Source: Bilabrum cf. latius
Lineage: Eukaryota
Assembly (NCBI GenBank): GCA_965178125.1
Contig: OZ237757.1
Span: 682,001-746,000 of the forward strand
Length of the DNA: 64,000 nt
Direction of reading: 5' to 3'
Shown here: positions 49,891 to 61,900 of the stretch, piece by piece
Layout: each line of letters begins with the position of its first letter
Numbering within the stretch: the stretch's first letter is position 1
Position numbers and translations under genes: made by a program
Notes under the pieces: generated by a model
Database searches by the model: none
What the model saw: only the letters and a program-made list of their open reading frames with translations
Told to the model about the DNA's origin: nothing

Positions 49891-52689
49891 TTAATTTTGT
49901 TGTTCTAGTGGATCATTATCCTCATCAACAAATAAAGCGGGGTCTAAGTCAACCTCTATCTCTTCATCGGGTAATTGAACCTCTTCATCATCAACAAATA
50001 TATCTACTTCACGAGTCTTTTTCTTGTTAGACCAGATATATTCCATCTCATCAATAATATCCTAATTAAATTCTACATCATAGTTAATTTTCTTTTTCTT
50101 ACAAGTCATAAATATGTCTTTCCCAAACATTGATTTATATACTTTAAGTATTTCGTAATAAAGACCTTTATCAGTGGATAAGTCAACTTTACTTCTTCTT
50201 TGGCAGTCATACACTGTCCTATATTCATCTGTTAAGTCTTGATCTAATACTTTCTTTTTGATATTATAATCAAGATTAGTTCTTTTAAGACCTAAAGTAT
50301 CAATCATCTTATTAAGTAAGACTAATTTTCTAGAACTAGACTTAGCATTGATAATATCAAACTCGCCTTTATTAATTGCTTTCACAAGTAAGTGCTTATC
50401 ATCTTGTCTAAAGAATTTATTGAAATTAAATAAATTAGATAACTTACCTTTATTAATAAAGTACTCTTTGTATTTGTCAATATCACCTTCATCTAAGTCT
50501 AAATATTTATTAATCTTCTTGACATTAAGACAATTAATATCAAAATTTTCAAGTTGTTTTTCTTTAATGGTATCTTTGATTTCTTTATCCTTACATCTGG
50601 TGATCTTAACAGATAAATCATAAGACACGTCATAACCGGTATCAATTAACTACTTGATCATATGTAATTTAGGGTTTGTCTTATAACAATCTACCTTGTA
50701 AAGATAATTACGATATAGTTTTTTGAATATGATTTTAACTTTGCTCATTTCTTCTTCTACTTTGTCTTCTACTTCTACCTCGTTGAAGTCGGGATATGTA
50801 TCACTGACAAATTTAACTAATTCTTCGTAGTCTTTTAAAGAGGTAGCCATAAAAGATTTAACTTGTGAAAGACTTTCATATGTGCTAGATCGTCCTTTCT
50901 AGTAATCAAAAAATATAGTGATATGTGATGGGTTTCTACATCTGTTAAGCTATTGAACCATTTGGGGAGGTGTGATAGTATGACCTTTGAAATAACCAAA
51001 GACTGGTCTAGTCATAGTGCTATCTATCCCGTAAATGACTTTAGGTGAGAAGATAATGATATCAAACATATCCATATCATAGTCTTTGTCTTCGCTTTCT
51101 GCTGTAAGTATTAAGATTTTATTTAATTTCTTATCTTTCTCGTTATCTATAATTTTAAGACTAATTAACTCATTGATTATATCAGCTTTTGTCTTACTAT
51201 CACTAGCAAGCATAAATTTCTTGTGTTTCATTAACTCATCTCTAAAAGTCTGTTCGTCATTAACAAATACAGTTTTGGTGCCCTTGAACCTGTTTCTGTC
51301 ATTCCTAATATATTGATAATCTAATTTTAATAATTCTAAGAAATATAGAGCATCTTGAGATAAGTCAGCATCTGCTACTATGAACTACTTACAAGTGGTA
51401 AGAGCACGAATAAGAGTAATGAAACTCATTGGTCGCCTACCATATAAAGTCGTAGAACTTAAACAGTGTTCTAAGATACTATTAAACTCATCTAAAAAGA
51501 CAATATAATCCTTAAAGTTATAATTGCTAAGACTAACAATACTTTCAGGAGTAATAACAATACTATCACCCTATTTGTATTTATGGTCTTGATAGAATTT
51601 AGTTGATTTTGGAAGACTACGCATCTATTGCTTACCTAATAAAATACGACTTACAACTGATAAAAAGCTGTCATCTACTCTATTAAATAAATCATTAGCA
51701 GCAGTTGTCTTTCCAGAACCAGCCCCCGACTTAACGGCATAGTTGATACCTTTCTTAAAGAATTTAATATAACGACCTTTGTCGTCAGCAGTCAAATATC
51801 TACGGTCAATCTTCTAATTGACTTTCTTGACTACTTTATTCTTGAATATCTTGTATCGATAATATAGGCTAAGTCGTTTCTTTTCACTATCTAACTAATT
51901 AAAGAACCATTCAACACATTGAAAAGTGGAATTTTCTAATAATCGAGTAAAAATTATCTTGTTCTTAGTCGACTAATAGCTTTCTACGTCTTGTTTGCTC
52001 CATTCATCAAATATATCATATACCTTATTACCATCTACTGGATTTAAGTATTTAGCGATATAACTTGTAGCTCTACAAACTAGATGCCAGTTATATGAAT
52101 TAGAATAATACTCTTTACCTAATTGATATAAGTATTGTTTGTATTCTTCGGGTTTAATCATATAACGGTAGTCTTCAGCTGTAAGTTGTGGTGAATAGAT
52201 ATTTTGTAGTATGAACATCTTGACGTCAGTTGGTATTCTTTTCACGGATGTCTTTTGTATTAGTTCGTATTTCTTACCGTTGATAGAGCTAGGAGGACAC
52301 ATGATAAAGCTATCATTTGTGATCACATCTATATGTTCTTTTCTATTTACTGACCTCTTACTAAACTCTTCTTCATACTTAAAATACAAATGATATCCAT
52401 TGGGAGACTTGACAGTGTAAGTATTCATCTCTTGAATAAACTTATCAACACTACCATATTCCGCAATAAACTTACCATTTTGAAATTCAGTTTTATTTTT
52501 CTCTTTTTCACAATCTAAGTCAAGGACAAAGAAACCTGCACGTCTTCCAGTAAGTAATCCAACATTAAGATTTGACTTTCTGGTGATAAGTTTAGTAGAT
52601 TCCAAATTCTACCAAGACTTAATAAGTGGTTGTTTAGAGTTGTGAGCTATTGAGAAATAAACAGGGTTAGATATGTGTTCGGTCGTCAT
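49891..52689 (-). CDS. Bifunctional primase-polymerase (Prim-Pol/PriCT) fused to a UL9/origin-binding-like SF2 helicase (932 aa)
   Basis: KQPLIKSW(Q), NVGLLTG, VLDLD, KSPNGYHLYF, MCPPSSING; FDEWSK (PriCT-like); helicase VKSGAGSGKTT, VSRILL, FLDEFNS, ADADLS, FSPKVIYGID, QMVQ(Q)LNRCR. Confidence 0.85.
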
Positions 52690-52719
52690 TCTAGTATATA
52701 CTATACTAAAGATAATTTT

Positions 52720-52932
52720 TTAAGTCATTTTCTAGACGCACTATTTTGGCTTAAAGGATTGAGATGGATTTTCGCGCACAACTAGAGTATTTTTAAATTT
52801 TTCAATTTCTGCTGGGGATTTCCCGATTAGTAAATAACTTATAGTCTCTTGAAACTCTATTGGTAAGTCTTGTAATTGATGTATTGGTTTATTGATAACT
52901 TGATTATTTGATTTGGTATCTATTAAATCCAT
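52720..52932 (-). CDS. Small hypothetical viral protein (70 aa)
   Basis: ATG to TAA through two TAGs. Confidence 0.45.
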
Positions 52933-52964
52933 TATTAATAATACTATAATAATAGAATATATTT

Positions 52965-53174
52965 TTAAGTCTTATTTAATCCTTCTGTATCTGGTTCATC
53001 CTTAACCTGTTTTCTCTTCTAATAGTACCCCTTCCATTTCTCTTGATTCTTTTGGTAATATTTCTATTTAGCTTTTTTAATAGCTTCTTTCTTTTTGGTC
53101 TCCTATTCCTTGAGTCTTTGATAATCTTCCATAATGTCTTGAACCTATTTTAATACATCTTTAATATCTGGCAT
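52965..53174 (-). CDS. Small basic helical viral protein (69 aa; KKAK(Q)KYYQKNQEK)
   Basis: ATG to TAA through four TAGs. Confidence 0.5.
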
Positions 53175-53234
53175 TACTATAGTAATATACTAGATAAATC
53201 TTTAAGTTTTTTAAACTAGAAAATGACTTAAAAT

Positions 53235-54856
53235 AAGTGGTATGACTTAGTGAATATGTAAAATTGAATACGGGTGAGCGCCCAGAATTGCAAACATAAT
53301 TTTCTTGATACTTATATATTTCCGCAATTTGGGGCGGTCATATCTGGAGATACAATTTGGGGCGGTCATATTTATTATTAGTTATTTTAAAATATCTCGT
53401 CAAGTGGTTAAGTCTTTTTGTGATATCCCGTTAAGTGGTCAATAAAATGAACGGTAAGTCAAAAAAATTAATCAAAATAAAGAAGTAGTTGATTATTAAT
53501 TATTGAAGACACCTAAGCGCCCAGAATTGCGACAATATATCTTAATATCCTAATATATTACCGCAATTTCGGGCCGTCATTTCTGGACATTTAATATAGC
53601 ACATACTAGAAATATCTTTATTACAAAATTACACCTCTATAAGATAACTATGTCAAAATTAACAAAATATAAAACTCAATACACCTACGCGCCCAGAATT
53701 GCGACAATATATCTTAATATCCTAATATATTACCGCAATTTCGGGCGCTAGTATTATACTATACCATATTTAATTATCCTATATTTTCCATTTAATCTAG
53801 TGATTAATCATTTCAAAGTAATACACTTGACATAAACCAGTTCATTGAGTCATTTTAAAGTCATCGTCAAAACATTTATCATTTTTAAGTTATCGTCAAA
53901 ATATTTATCATTTTAAAGTCATCGTCAAAACATTTATCATTTTTAAGTTATCGTCAAAATATTTATCATTTTAAAGTCATCGTCAAAATATTTATCATTT
54001 TTAAGTTATCCCGTTTTGTATTCCTTTATATCATATACTCAAACAAAGGACTTTAACATATTTAAAGAATTATGAAAAATAAAACTCAATACACCTACGC
54101 GCCCAGAATTGCGAAAATATATCTTGAATAGCTATAATATTACCGCAATTTCGGGCGATAGATTAAAGGATGTATTTTTAAGGGGATACCCTTATATTTG
54201 AAGTTTTGAAGAGATGACATATAAAAGACTTTATAAAGTGATTAATATCTCCTTCTAGTTATATTTAAATATTCAATTATTTAAGTATAGATTGACAAGT
54301 AATAAAAAAAGAGATAAATTAAGTTGATATATTAGTTTAGTTTTATTTATTAATTTAAATTTTTCATTGGAAGTATTAAAAAAGACTTTAATACTTCTGT
54401 CAATCTCTTTAAGTATTTATTTAGTTATTTTCTAAAGTGGTAAATGTCAATTGATACTTAAAACCAAATCATAATATAAAACTCAATACACCTACGCGCC
54501 CAGAATTGCGAACATATATTCTTAAATGACTATATATTTCCGCAATTTCGGGCGGGCATATCCTAAGACTTAGGCTAGGGATTCACTCAACAGATTAAGT
54601 AAAGTAAAGGTCTAACAGATAGACATTAACGGCGCGAAGGTATTAAATTAGGTAGATATATGAATAAATAGCTATTAAATTATTATGTTCAAGTGAAGGA
54701 CATTATGAAGGACTACGGCTTAAGATGTTGTGAAGTGGTTAATATTGACCTCTTATGTTATCCGCCAAAATGTGGAGTTATGATAACTCTATTTCTACTA
54801 TATAGTAGAAATAGAGTTTACTTATATAAAAACTACACACATTTTGGCGGATAACA
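53235..54856 (-). repeat. Right terminal inverted repeat (~1.62 kb)
   Basis: Reverse complement of 29975-31535. Confidence 0.95.
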
Positions 54857-57800
54857 CCGCGGCACCTCCACGCATCGTTTCGCATTGAACGCCACGGCGC
54901 TGCACGCGCGAACTGGAGGAAAAGCTGTGCTGCAGACGCAGAAAGGTCCCGCTGGTGACGTCAGAGCCGCCCTGTCCTCCGCCGGTGGCTGCACCGCCAA
55001 CATCGTGGTCCTGCCTCCCATGCAGGTGCACAGGTCGCACCGCCTTGTTCCCTGGGCCGTGGCGCAGGCAGTGGCCCGCGATACTGCGATTCCCAAAGCG
55101 CTGCGGGACGAGTGGTCCCGCCTGTGCTCTGCCCGGTACGGCGGCAGTGAGCTGCACCCCATCGTGCTCTCCAGGGTGGAGGCTACGACCCGCAGGATCG
55201 CAGCCTCCGTGCTGTTCCCTGGGGAACAAGAAGTCGAATCAAGCGGTGTGACGGTTGAGGCCCTCGCCGAAGAGGCCCAGGAGGAGCTGATGAGGACGAA
55301 TTCCATGGGTCCCGAGGGCGGGCTGAACACGGAGCAGCTGGCAGCTGTGGGCATGTGCCTGCGGAAGCCACCGCTGGCGGTGCTGTTCGGGCCCCCGGGG
55401 ACCGGCAAGACCACCACTCTCGCGACCATGCTGGCGCACCTGCTGCGGGATCCGGCGGAGCCTCGGGTGCTGCTGGTCTCGTCCTCCAATCTAGCCGTTG
55501 AGCTGGCCCTGGTGAAGGCGATGCAGAGGCTGGGCAGCTCGATGGAACATTGGGAAGAGCTTCCCACAGAGGACGTGCTGCGGTCCGCCTCCATGTTCAG
55601 GTCTGCCAAAGACACCCGCAGGGAACAGGGTGATGAAGCTGCCCGCGCCATGAAGCGCGTCTCGGTGTCGGGCACGCTAGACCTGTCAAAGATGAAGCCG
55701 AAGCGGCTGGTGGCTGCCACTTTGGACACCGCAGGCAAGTGGATCTTTGACGCTCTGGGCGCAATCGGGCCCGGCGGTCATGCTGGCGATCTCGCTGCCT
55801 TTGATTTCGACTACATCGTTGTGGACGAGGCCAGCCAGGCGAGGCTGTCGCAGCTGCTGCCGCTACTCACGCTGGCCTACTTGGCCAAGGAGAAGGCCGG
55901 TGGTGCTGCCGCTCGGTCAATGGCGAGCAGCAGCCACAGCGACGCGGCGCAGGCGCAGCCACCGACGCTGATCCTGGCGGGGGACCCTCGTCAGCTGGGG
56001 CCCGTGATCCACGACCGGCTGGCGGAGCTGGCGGGGGCGGGTGTCTCGCTGCTTGAGAGGATGCTGGGGGCAGACATGTCCTGGCTAGAGAGGGGGAGGC
56101 ACGAAGCCCTCATGCGGATTGCGCGCGGCACCGCACTGGCGCACGATATGTCCGTTGAGTCTGTGGTGGCCGAGCTGTCAGAGACCATCGAGGGGACCAC
56201 AGCGGCTTCGATCCAGGCGGCATACGACGCCGCCGCACGGTTGGCGCGAGCTGGGCCCGACAGGGTCGTTCAGCTGACGCAGAGCTTCCGGGCGGTTCCG
56301 CAGCTGACGTCACTCTGGAGCCATGTGACGTACGGCGGCACGGTGCAGGCCGCACGATTTGTAGGTGCGGAGTTCGGTTCCAAGGCTTCCGGCCGCGGCA
56401 TCGTCCCGGAGGGGCAGCTGGTGGTGAGGTCAGACGACTCGATGGAGGCACTGAGGTGCACGATGGTGCAGCAGGCGCTGTATGACGAGGCCACCCGCGC
56501 GTCTGCAGGGTCCCACGCCGTCCAAGGGATATCCCTTGCCCAGGCCGAGGCACTTCGCGAGGCAGCCGCGGGCGGAGCCCCAGCCGATTTGATCGATGCT
56601 GCGGACCGCATGGGACGTCCCGCCGCCCAACTGGTCGCAAAAGTGTTCGAGCGCGATCCTAAGGTGGGCAAATCAGTGATCCACGCACTGTGCGACTCGC
56701 TGGAACACTAGGAAGAAGCACCCGGACGACTACAGGTGGTTGTGGTGGGAGTCGAAGGCAAGTGCAAGCGCGCACGCGGCACGCCCTCAAAGCAGAACGA
56801 CCTGGAAGCAGAGAGGGTGGCGCGGATCGTACAGAGCGTAACCGCAGCCACCGGAGGCGCGAACGAGTCGGGGATCTCCGTGGTGACCCCGTACACTGGC
56901 CAGCAGCGGCAGGTGAGGCACGAGCTGGAGCGATTCCTGGGTGTCACAGACGCGAAACAAGTGAGGGTGGGCACAGTGGACGGTGTGCAAGGGACCGAGG
57001 CAGATCTCGTCATCATTAGCACCGTGCGAACTGCCGTGCAGCAGCCCGTGGCGGACCCTCCATCGAGTGCAGGATCGGAGGGTGTAGAAACGGCAGCATC
57101 ACCATCGTCAGCAGCAGTAGCAACAGCAGCTGGTGGCTCAGATGCTTCTGAAGCGGCATTGCAGGAGGCGAAAATGGCAGCTGCAGCGCGGGAGGCTGGC
57201 CTCGGGTTTCTGGTCAACCCCCGGCGCACCAATGTGGCCATCTCTCGCGCCAAGTTCGGCCTGGTGCTGGTGTGCGACCCTCGGGCGCTCATGCACGACG
57301 CCCACTGGGCCGCTTGCGTGGCGTACGCGGCGTGCCTGGGCGGGCTTGTGCTGCCCTCGGCAGATTTTATGGACAAAGTGCCTCCTCCTCCTCCAGCTAC
57401 TCCTGCCGTACGCTCTATCACGGCGGGATAGGGCGTGGAAATGGGCAAGGGCGCTCGTGGTGGTTCCGGGTCTGGTGCTAGTGCCGGCGGCACAGTGACT
57501 GAGGGAGCGGCGATTCGCAGGGGACGAGGGCCCGCCTCGGGTGCCGGGGCCGATGATCCCCACAGAGCAGCAGCCGTGTCGAGATCCAGGGCTGCTTCTC
57601 TCAGGGACGATGAGCCTGTGGTGGCGGACGAGCTTCGTGCAGACCGTGAGCCCGTGGTAGTCTTTTCCGATGCTGTAGGAAGCGTCAGGGTTCAGGCTAT
57701 TTCGAAGACGAGCTCCAGCACGTTCACGATGCAGGCCTATGGAGGCCCGGTCTGGCTTGTGTATGACGGCAGCGGCACCTAGATCAGGTCCGTCGGGTCC

Positions 57801-58952
57801 ACTGTGCATATTGGCGGCGCCCTTCACACTCTCTTCTTGCAGCATGCAGGGGAGCGGAAGGAGTTCGTGTTCAGTGGATCCAGCCGTGAGGCTGCAAAAA
57901 GCGCGCCAATTGCGGTCTCGGCAAGTCCAGGATGTGCCGGGGCCGGCGAGGAACCGCAAAAAGACGGCCTCTCCCAGGAGGAGGTCCGGGCGAAGATCAA
58001 GGCGTGCTTGGGAGGCCGAAAGCTGACCTGCTCGCACATCGGGTCTCTCTTCATGCAGAAGTACAGAGAGAGGCTATCCGAGGCTGCGAGCGACGTGGGG
58101 TGCGGGTACGTGCAGGAAATGCTTGAGGACATGGTCAACGACGGAGAGCTTAGCACCGATGAGGATTCCATCATGTCAAGACGGTGGTACTGGGTCAGTG
58201 GTAGCCACTCGGATGAGGAGGATGATAACGATGAGGAGGATGATAACGGTGAGGACGAGAGCGCGGTCCGGCGCAAGATAGTAGCAGCAATAAAGCTCAT
58301 TGCAGCAATGGGTGGGGACTAGTGGACCTGCTCTGAAATCGGAGGTGCCTACCTGGATGAGTACGGAGAGCGCATGTCGGACGCTGCAAGGGATGCGACG
58401 GGAATGTCCGCGCAGGCCCTTCTGGAGTTGCTGGTGGACACAGGCGTGCTCGGGTCTGACGGTGCGTCCAACATGGGACGTCGCACCTATTGGGTGAATG
58501 GCGGCAGTCAGAGCTCAGAGCAATCGGAGAACGAGGACAGTGATCTAGACGACTTGAAGGAGCAGTTGCGCGATCTGCTCGGGTCGGACACCTGCACGTG
58601 CGCCGAACTAGGGACCAAGTACATGCAGGAGACGGGAGAGCGGCTAGCTGATGTGGCTCGATCGTTGGCTGGGACAAGCGCGCAGGCGCTGCTCGAAGAT
58701 ATGGTTGAAAGCGGAAGCCTACACACCGATCTTGACGACCACATGGCGAGGCGCACATACTGGAGCACAGATTGGTAAGTTGGCTCAGGGGTTATACTCG
58801 GGCATGGCTTTGTGCCGGTGGTCGAGGGAACAGGGTCAAGCATCCTGATTTGGATGATTCCGGAATCCGGATCGGATCGTTGGGGGGAAAAAAGTACAAG
58901 CCCGAATTACAGCAACTTGGGAATTGATCATGGATCCGAACTTCCGAAACAA

Positions 58953-61900
58953 TCAATTTGGCCGTCCAGAATAGTCCTGCAATACCTTTCGGATTCCTGC
59001 CACGGACACGGGCTTCAATAGCACCCGCTCTGCCCCGCACTCCTTGAAATGCTCAACATCTTCCGGCAGCGCATTCCCAGTCACTCCAACCACCGGGATA
59101 CCACACACAGACGCGCGCCTGTCCGCCCTCATGCGTCGCACCATCTCCGGCCCTGACATCCGCGGCATGGAGAAATCCAGCAGCACCAGCCGCACTGGGC
59201 ACTCCTCACCAGCAACAGCCCCGCTCCTCTCCTCCATCTCCTGTTCAATCACCTCCAGCGCATGCACCCCGTCGCTGGCCTGCAGCACCCCAGTGCCCTC
59301 CCATGCCGCCGGCATGCATCGCTTCACGATCGAGGCCAGAAGCACGCGGTTGGAGCGGCTGTCGTCCACCACCAGTACCGAACGAGCAGCGCTTGATCGA
59401 TCTTCATCCAGCAGCTCGTTGCGCTTTCCAATGGTCTGCAACTCGGTGCCGCTGGTCGGTGGCCTCTGCAGCGACACCGGCGACCTGTCACTCTGCTTCT
59501 ATTGCTTCTTCTTTTTCACGACGCGTCGCCGGGTCCTGGCCCTAAGGTCATTGCTCCCATTTCCACTACTTTCACCGTCGTTGCTCACACCAGCTTGCTA
59601 TGCACCACCTCTTAATGCAGCAGCCGAGGCGGGTCCAGGCCCAGCTTGACCGCCTCGATCATCCACACAGGCACGCCCATGCCCCGCGGTGGTCGTGCTC
59701 AGGACGCCTCCTCCTCTACCGTGCGGTCGCTGTCTATGTTCCTTTTCCTTACCGCTGCTTGCCATTAGACCATCATCAATTGTCCCGTTTTTGCCTTCTT
59801 TGGGATTAGAAGATGACGTACTGCTTCGTGCTAGTCTCCCTGCACTTGCGTTCCTGCGGCTCTTTTCGCGGAGCCCATCGTTGGGATCATGCGGTGTCCC
59901 CATTTCACTCGTCATACTTGCCCTGAACCATAAGAAGAACACGCTGCCCGCACCTGGACAGCTGCTGAACCCGCAGCAGCCCCCGTGCAGCCGCAGCACC
60001 TGCGCCGCCACAGCCAGCCCAAGCCCGGACCCCTGCCCCTCCGATGTGAGGATCCCCGAGTGCAGCCCATCCAGAGCAGAGAACACCCCGCCCCAGTCCT
60101 GCCGGTCGATCCCGCGCCCCTCGTCCAGCGCCCAGAGGCAGACAGACACCGATGATGAATCGACGTCCTCCCCAACACTCATCACACCGGCATTGAGGCC
60201 TGCGCTGCTGGACGGGGTTGTTGTCCCCGATACTGCACTCCCATCCACGCTGGCAGTTTGCGACTCGGTAGCTGGACCAGTCACGCGAACAGCATCGTCT
60301 GCGCCATTCCCTGCGGTTGGCATGTCTCCGGCTGGGCCATCAGATGCTATGCTAGCGTCCGAGGCTGCTTGTTGCGCCATTGCGTGCCTCTGCAGTGATA
60401 GGTACGCGCTTACAGTCGCTGGATCCACGCAGCAGAGGCCTTGGGCGGCCCCCTCTGCCCCTTGGCTAGGGGACGGAGTGGCCTCTGTAGGGAGGCTCTA
60501 GGCTTGACCCGAGGTCGGCGAGGAGCTGCCTGTGTTTCGAGCCGATTTGATGGACCAATGCGCTTCAGATTGACCGGGGCGAGCCTAGGGAGCAGACTGC
60601 TTCGAGGCATCAGGAATTGCGGGCGAGACGACGCTGCCTCGACGTTGCTTCTGCTTTGTCGCATCTGCACTTGCCGGCTGCCCGTGGGGTCCGGCGTGTG
60701 CTCGGTGCGACGGAGACACATTCACACGAATGATGGGTCGCCTGGTCGCCTGAATCATCCGGGCCGCGGAGTGCACTGGCGAGGCAAGGCGTAGCTCGGT
60801 TTGTGGACGATCCAGTGCATCATGAGACTGGCGCGCTGCGGAGCCGTTTTGCACTGCAATGCGCTGCAAATGCACAACCTGGCCTGTGCCCGCAACCCCA
60901 CGCCCTGCAGTCGTGTCCACCGCAGAGGGCGCACTGGCATCGATACTCGTAGATACTGCGTTTCCATCCTCCCCAGGCACATGCACTGACCCGGTCGGTT
61001 GGGCATGCAATGCGGTGGATGTTGCTGTGTGATGAGGCAGATCGCCGGAGCTCTTGGATCCCTGCTCTTGTTCTCCAAAGAGCGCCCCTAGTCCAGCTGC
61101 GCTGGTGCTGGTGCTTGTCGCGCTCCGAACAGAAGCAACAAGAGAGCGAAGGTCGACCGCTTTCCGAAATACGTTGTCCTGCGTACCGGTTCTCGTCCTG
61201 CCACCGCCTCCATCGGTTGACAGGGCGCCCACTGAAGACAGGCGGTGGCCGCGAGGACCGGTACGCCCAGATACAGGGGCATGGGTCCCCGGGCGGGACA
61301 GGCGGCCATCCGATCCCCAGCCTGGTGTAGTCGATGGTCCGAGTCCGGAGGAAGCACCCGACTGCTAACTGTGTTTGCTCTGCGCCGACGCGATGGACGT
61401 GGCGCGCACGCGGCGGCAAGTGGCACTATCGCAAACCGTCTAGAGCGGTTGGCCCATGCGGTTGCTAGTCCCTTGACCCTCCACAGCTCGTACGCATGTC
61501 TGGGTCACAATCTGCAGCAGCCGTCCAGCGGTATCAGCGCCTAATCCCCTCGCTGCTTGCGCCCAGTCCCCTCCCGTCCATAGGTGCGGCGGGGCACTCG
61601 AGCACCCCAGCGTGACAGTGGGGCTGGCCTTGCTTCCACTCTCGGACCCGTAATCATCCCCAGCGCTCCAATGAAGTGCGTTCGATGCAATCGTCATCAT
61701 TGCGCCCTGCAGTCTGCCCTGGTCCACCAGCACTGACACACCGGCCGGCCCTCTCCCACCCGCGCCGCGGTGATCACGCAGGTCTACCCATCGCATCTGC
61801 ACGCCAGCGTGCACCGCCTGGGTGCGGAGCCTCTGAGCCACCGACTGCAGGAAGGCAGGCCCGATGCGAGCTGGCTTGACTTGGAGCCGCATGGCCCCTG

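Larger units (their letters stand above)
30278..54553. repeat. Dispersed ~56-bp palindromic element GCCC(C/G)AAATTGCG-N30(AT-rich)-CGCAATTCTGGGC, usually with a GCGTAGGTGTATTGA-like tail; 22 copies
   Basis: Copies at about 30278, 30674, 30968, 31140, 31435, 32934, 35659, 37113, 37544, 39139, 42082, 42200, 44663, 44833, 47854, 48419, 49362, 53280, 53519, 53691, 54101 and 54498. Palindromic cores are all intergenic or in TIRs. Confidence 0.92.
29975..54856. mobile_element. Endogenous virophage (provirophage; Lavidaviridae/Maveriviricetes-like, EMALE-like), 24,882 bp
   Basis: Abrupt GC-rich to AT-rich transition; TG...CA termini; CCGCG duplicated at 29970-29974 and 54857-54861; long TIRs; rve integrase plus the ATPase-protease-penton-MCP morphogenesis module. 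Confidence 0.93.
29317..58778 (+). pseudogene. Host Upf1/DNA2-NAM7-like SF1 helicase (~1524 aa when rejoined: 29317-29974 + 54862-58778) interrupted by the provirus; C-terminal winged-helix-like repeats
   Basis: Removing the element and one CCGCG gives in-frame ...LDVRLGR-GTSTHRFALNATAL. Motifs FGPPGTGKTT, SSSNLAV, VDEASQ, LAGDPRQLGP, SLLER, LTQSFR, VVTPYTGQ, TVDGVQGTE, RRTNVAISRAK. Later breaks are TAG only; ends TAA 58776-58778. Confidence 0.88.

Noticed and set aside
29975-54856. Element is a decayed, pseudogenised virus
   Set aside because: Interruptions are exclusively TAG, I found no frameshifts, catalytic motifs are intact and the TIRs are nearly identical.
29975-54856. AT-rich block is contamination or a chimeric join
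   Set aside because: It has a target-site duplication, TG...CA ends, in-frame restoration of the host gene and the same genetic code as the host.
29975-54856. Classical Polinton/Maverick
   Set aside because: No protein-primed PolB recognised; the ~630-aa MCP with a processed tail and the penton/ATPase motifs look virophage-like, and the TSD is 5 bp.
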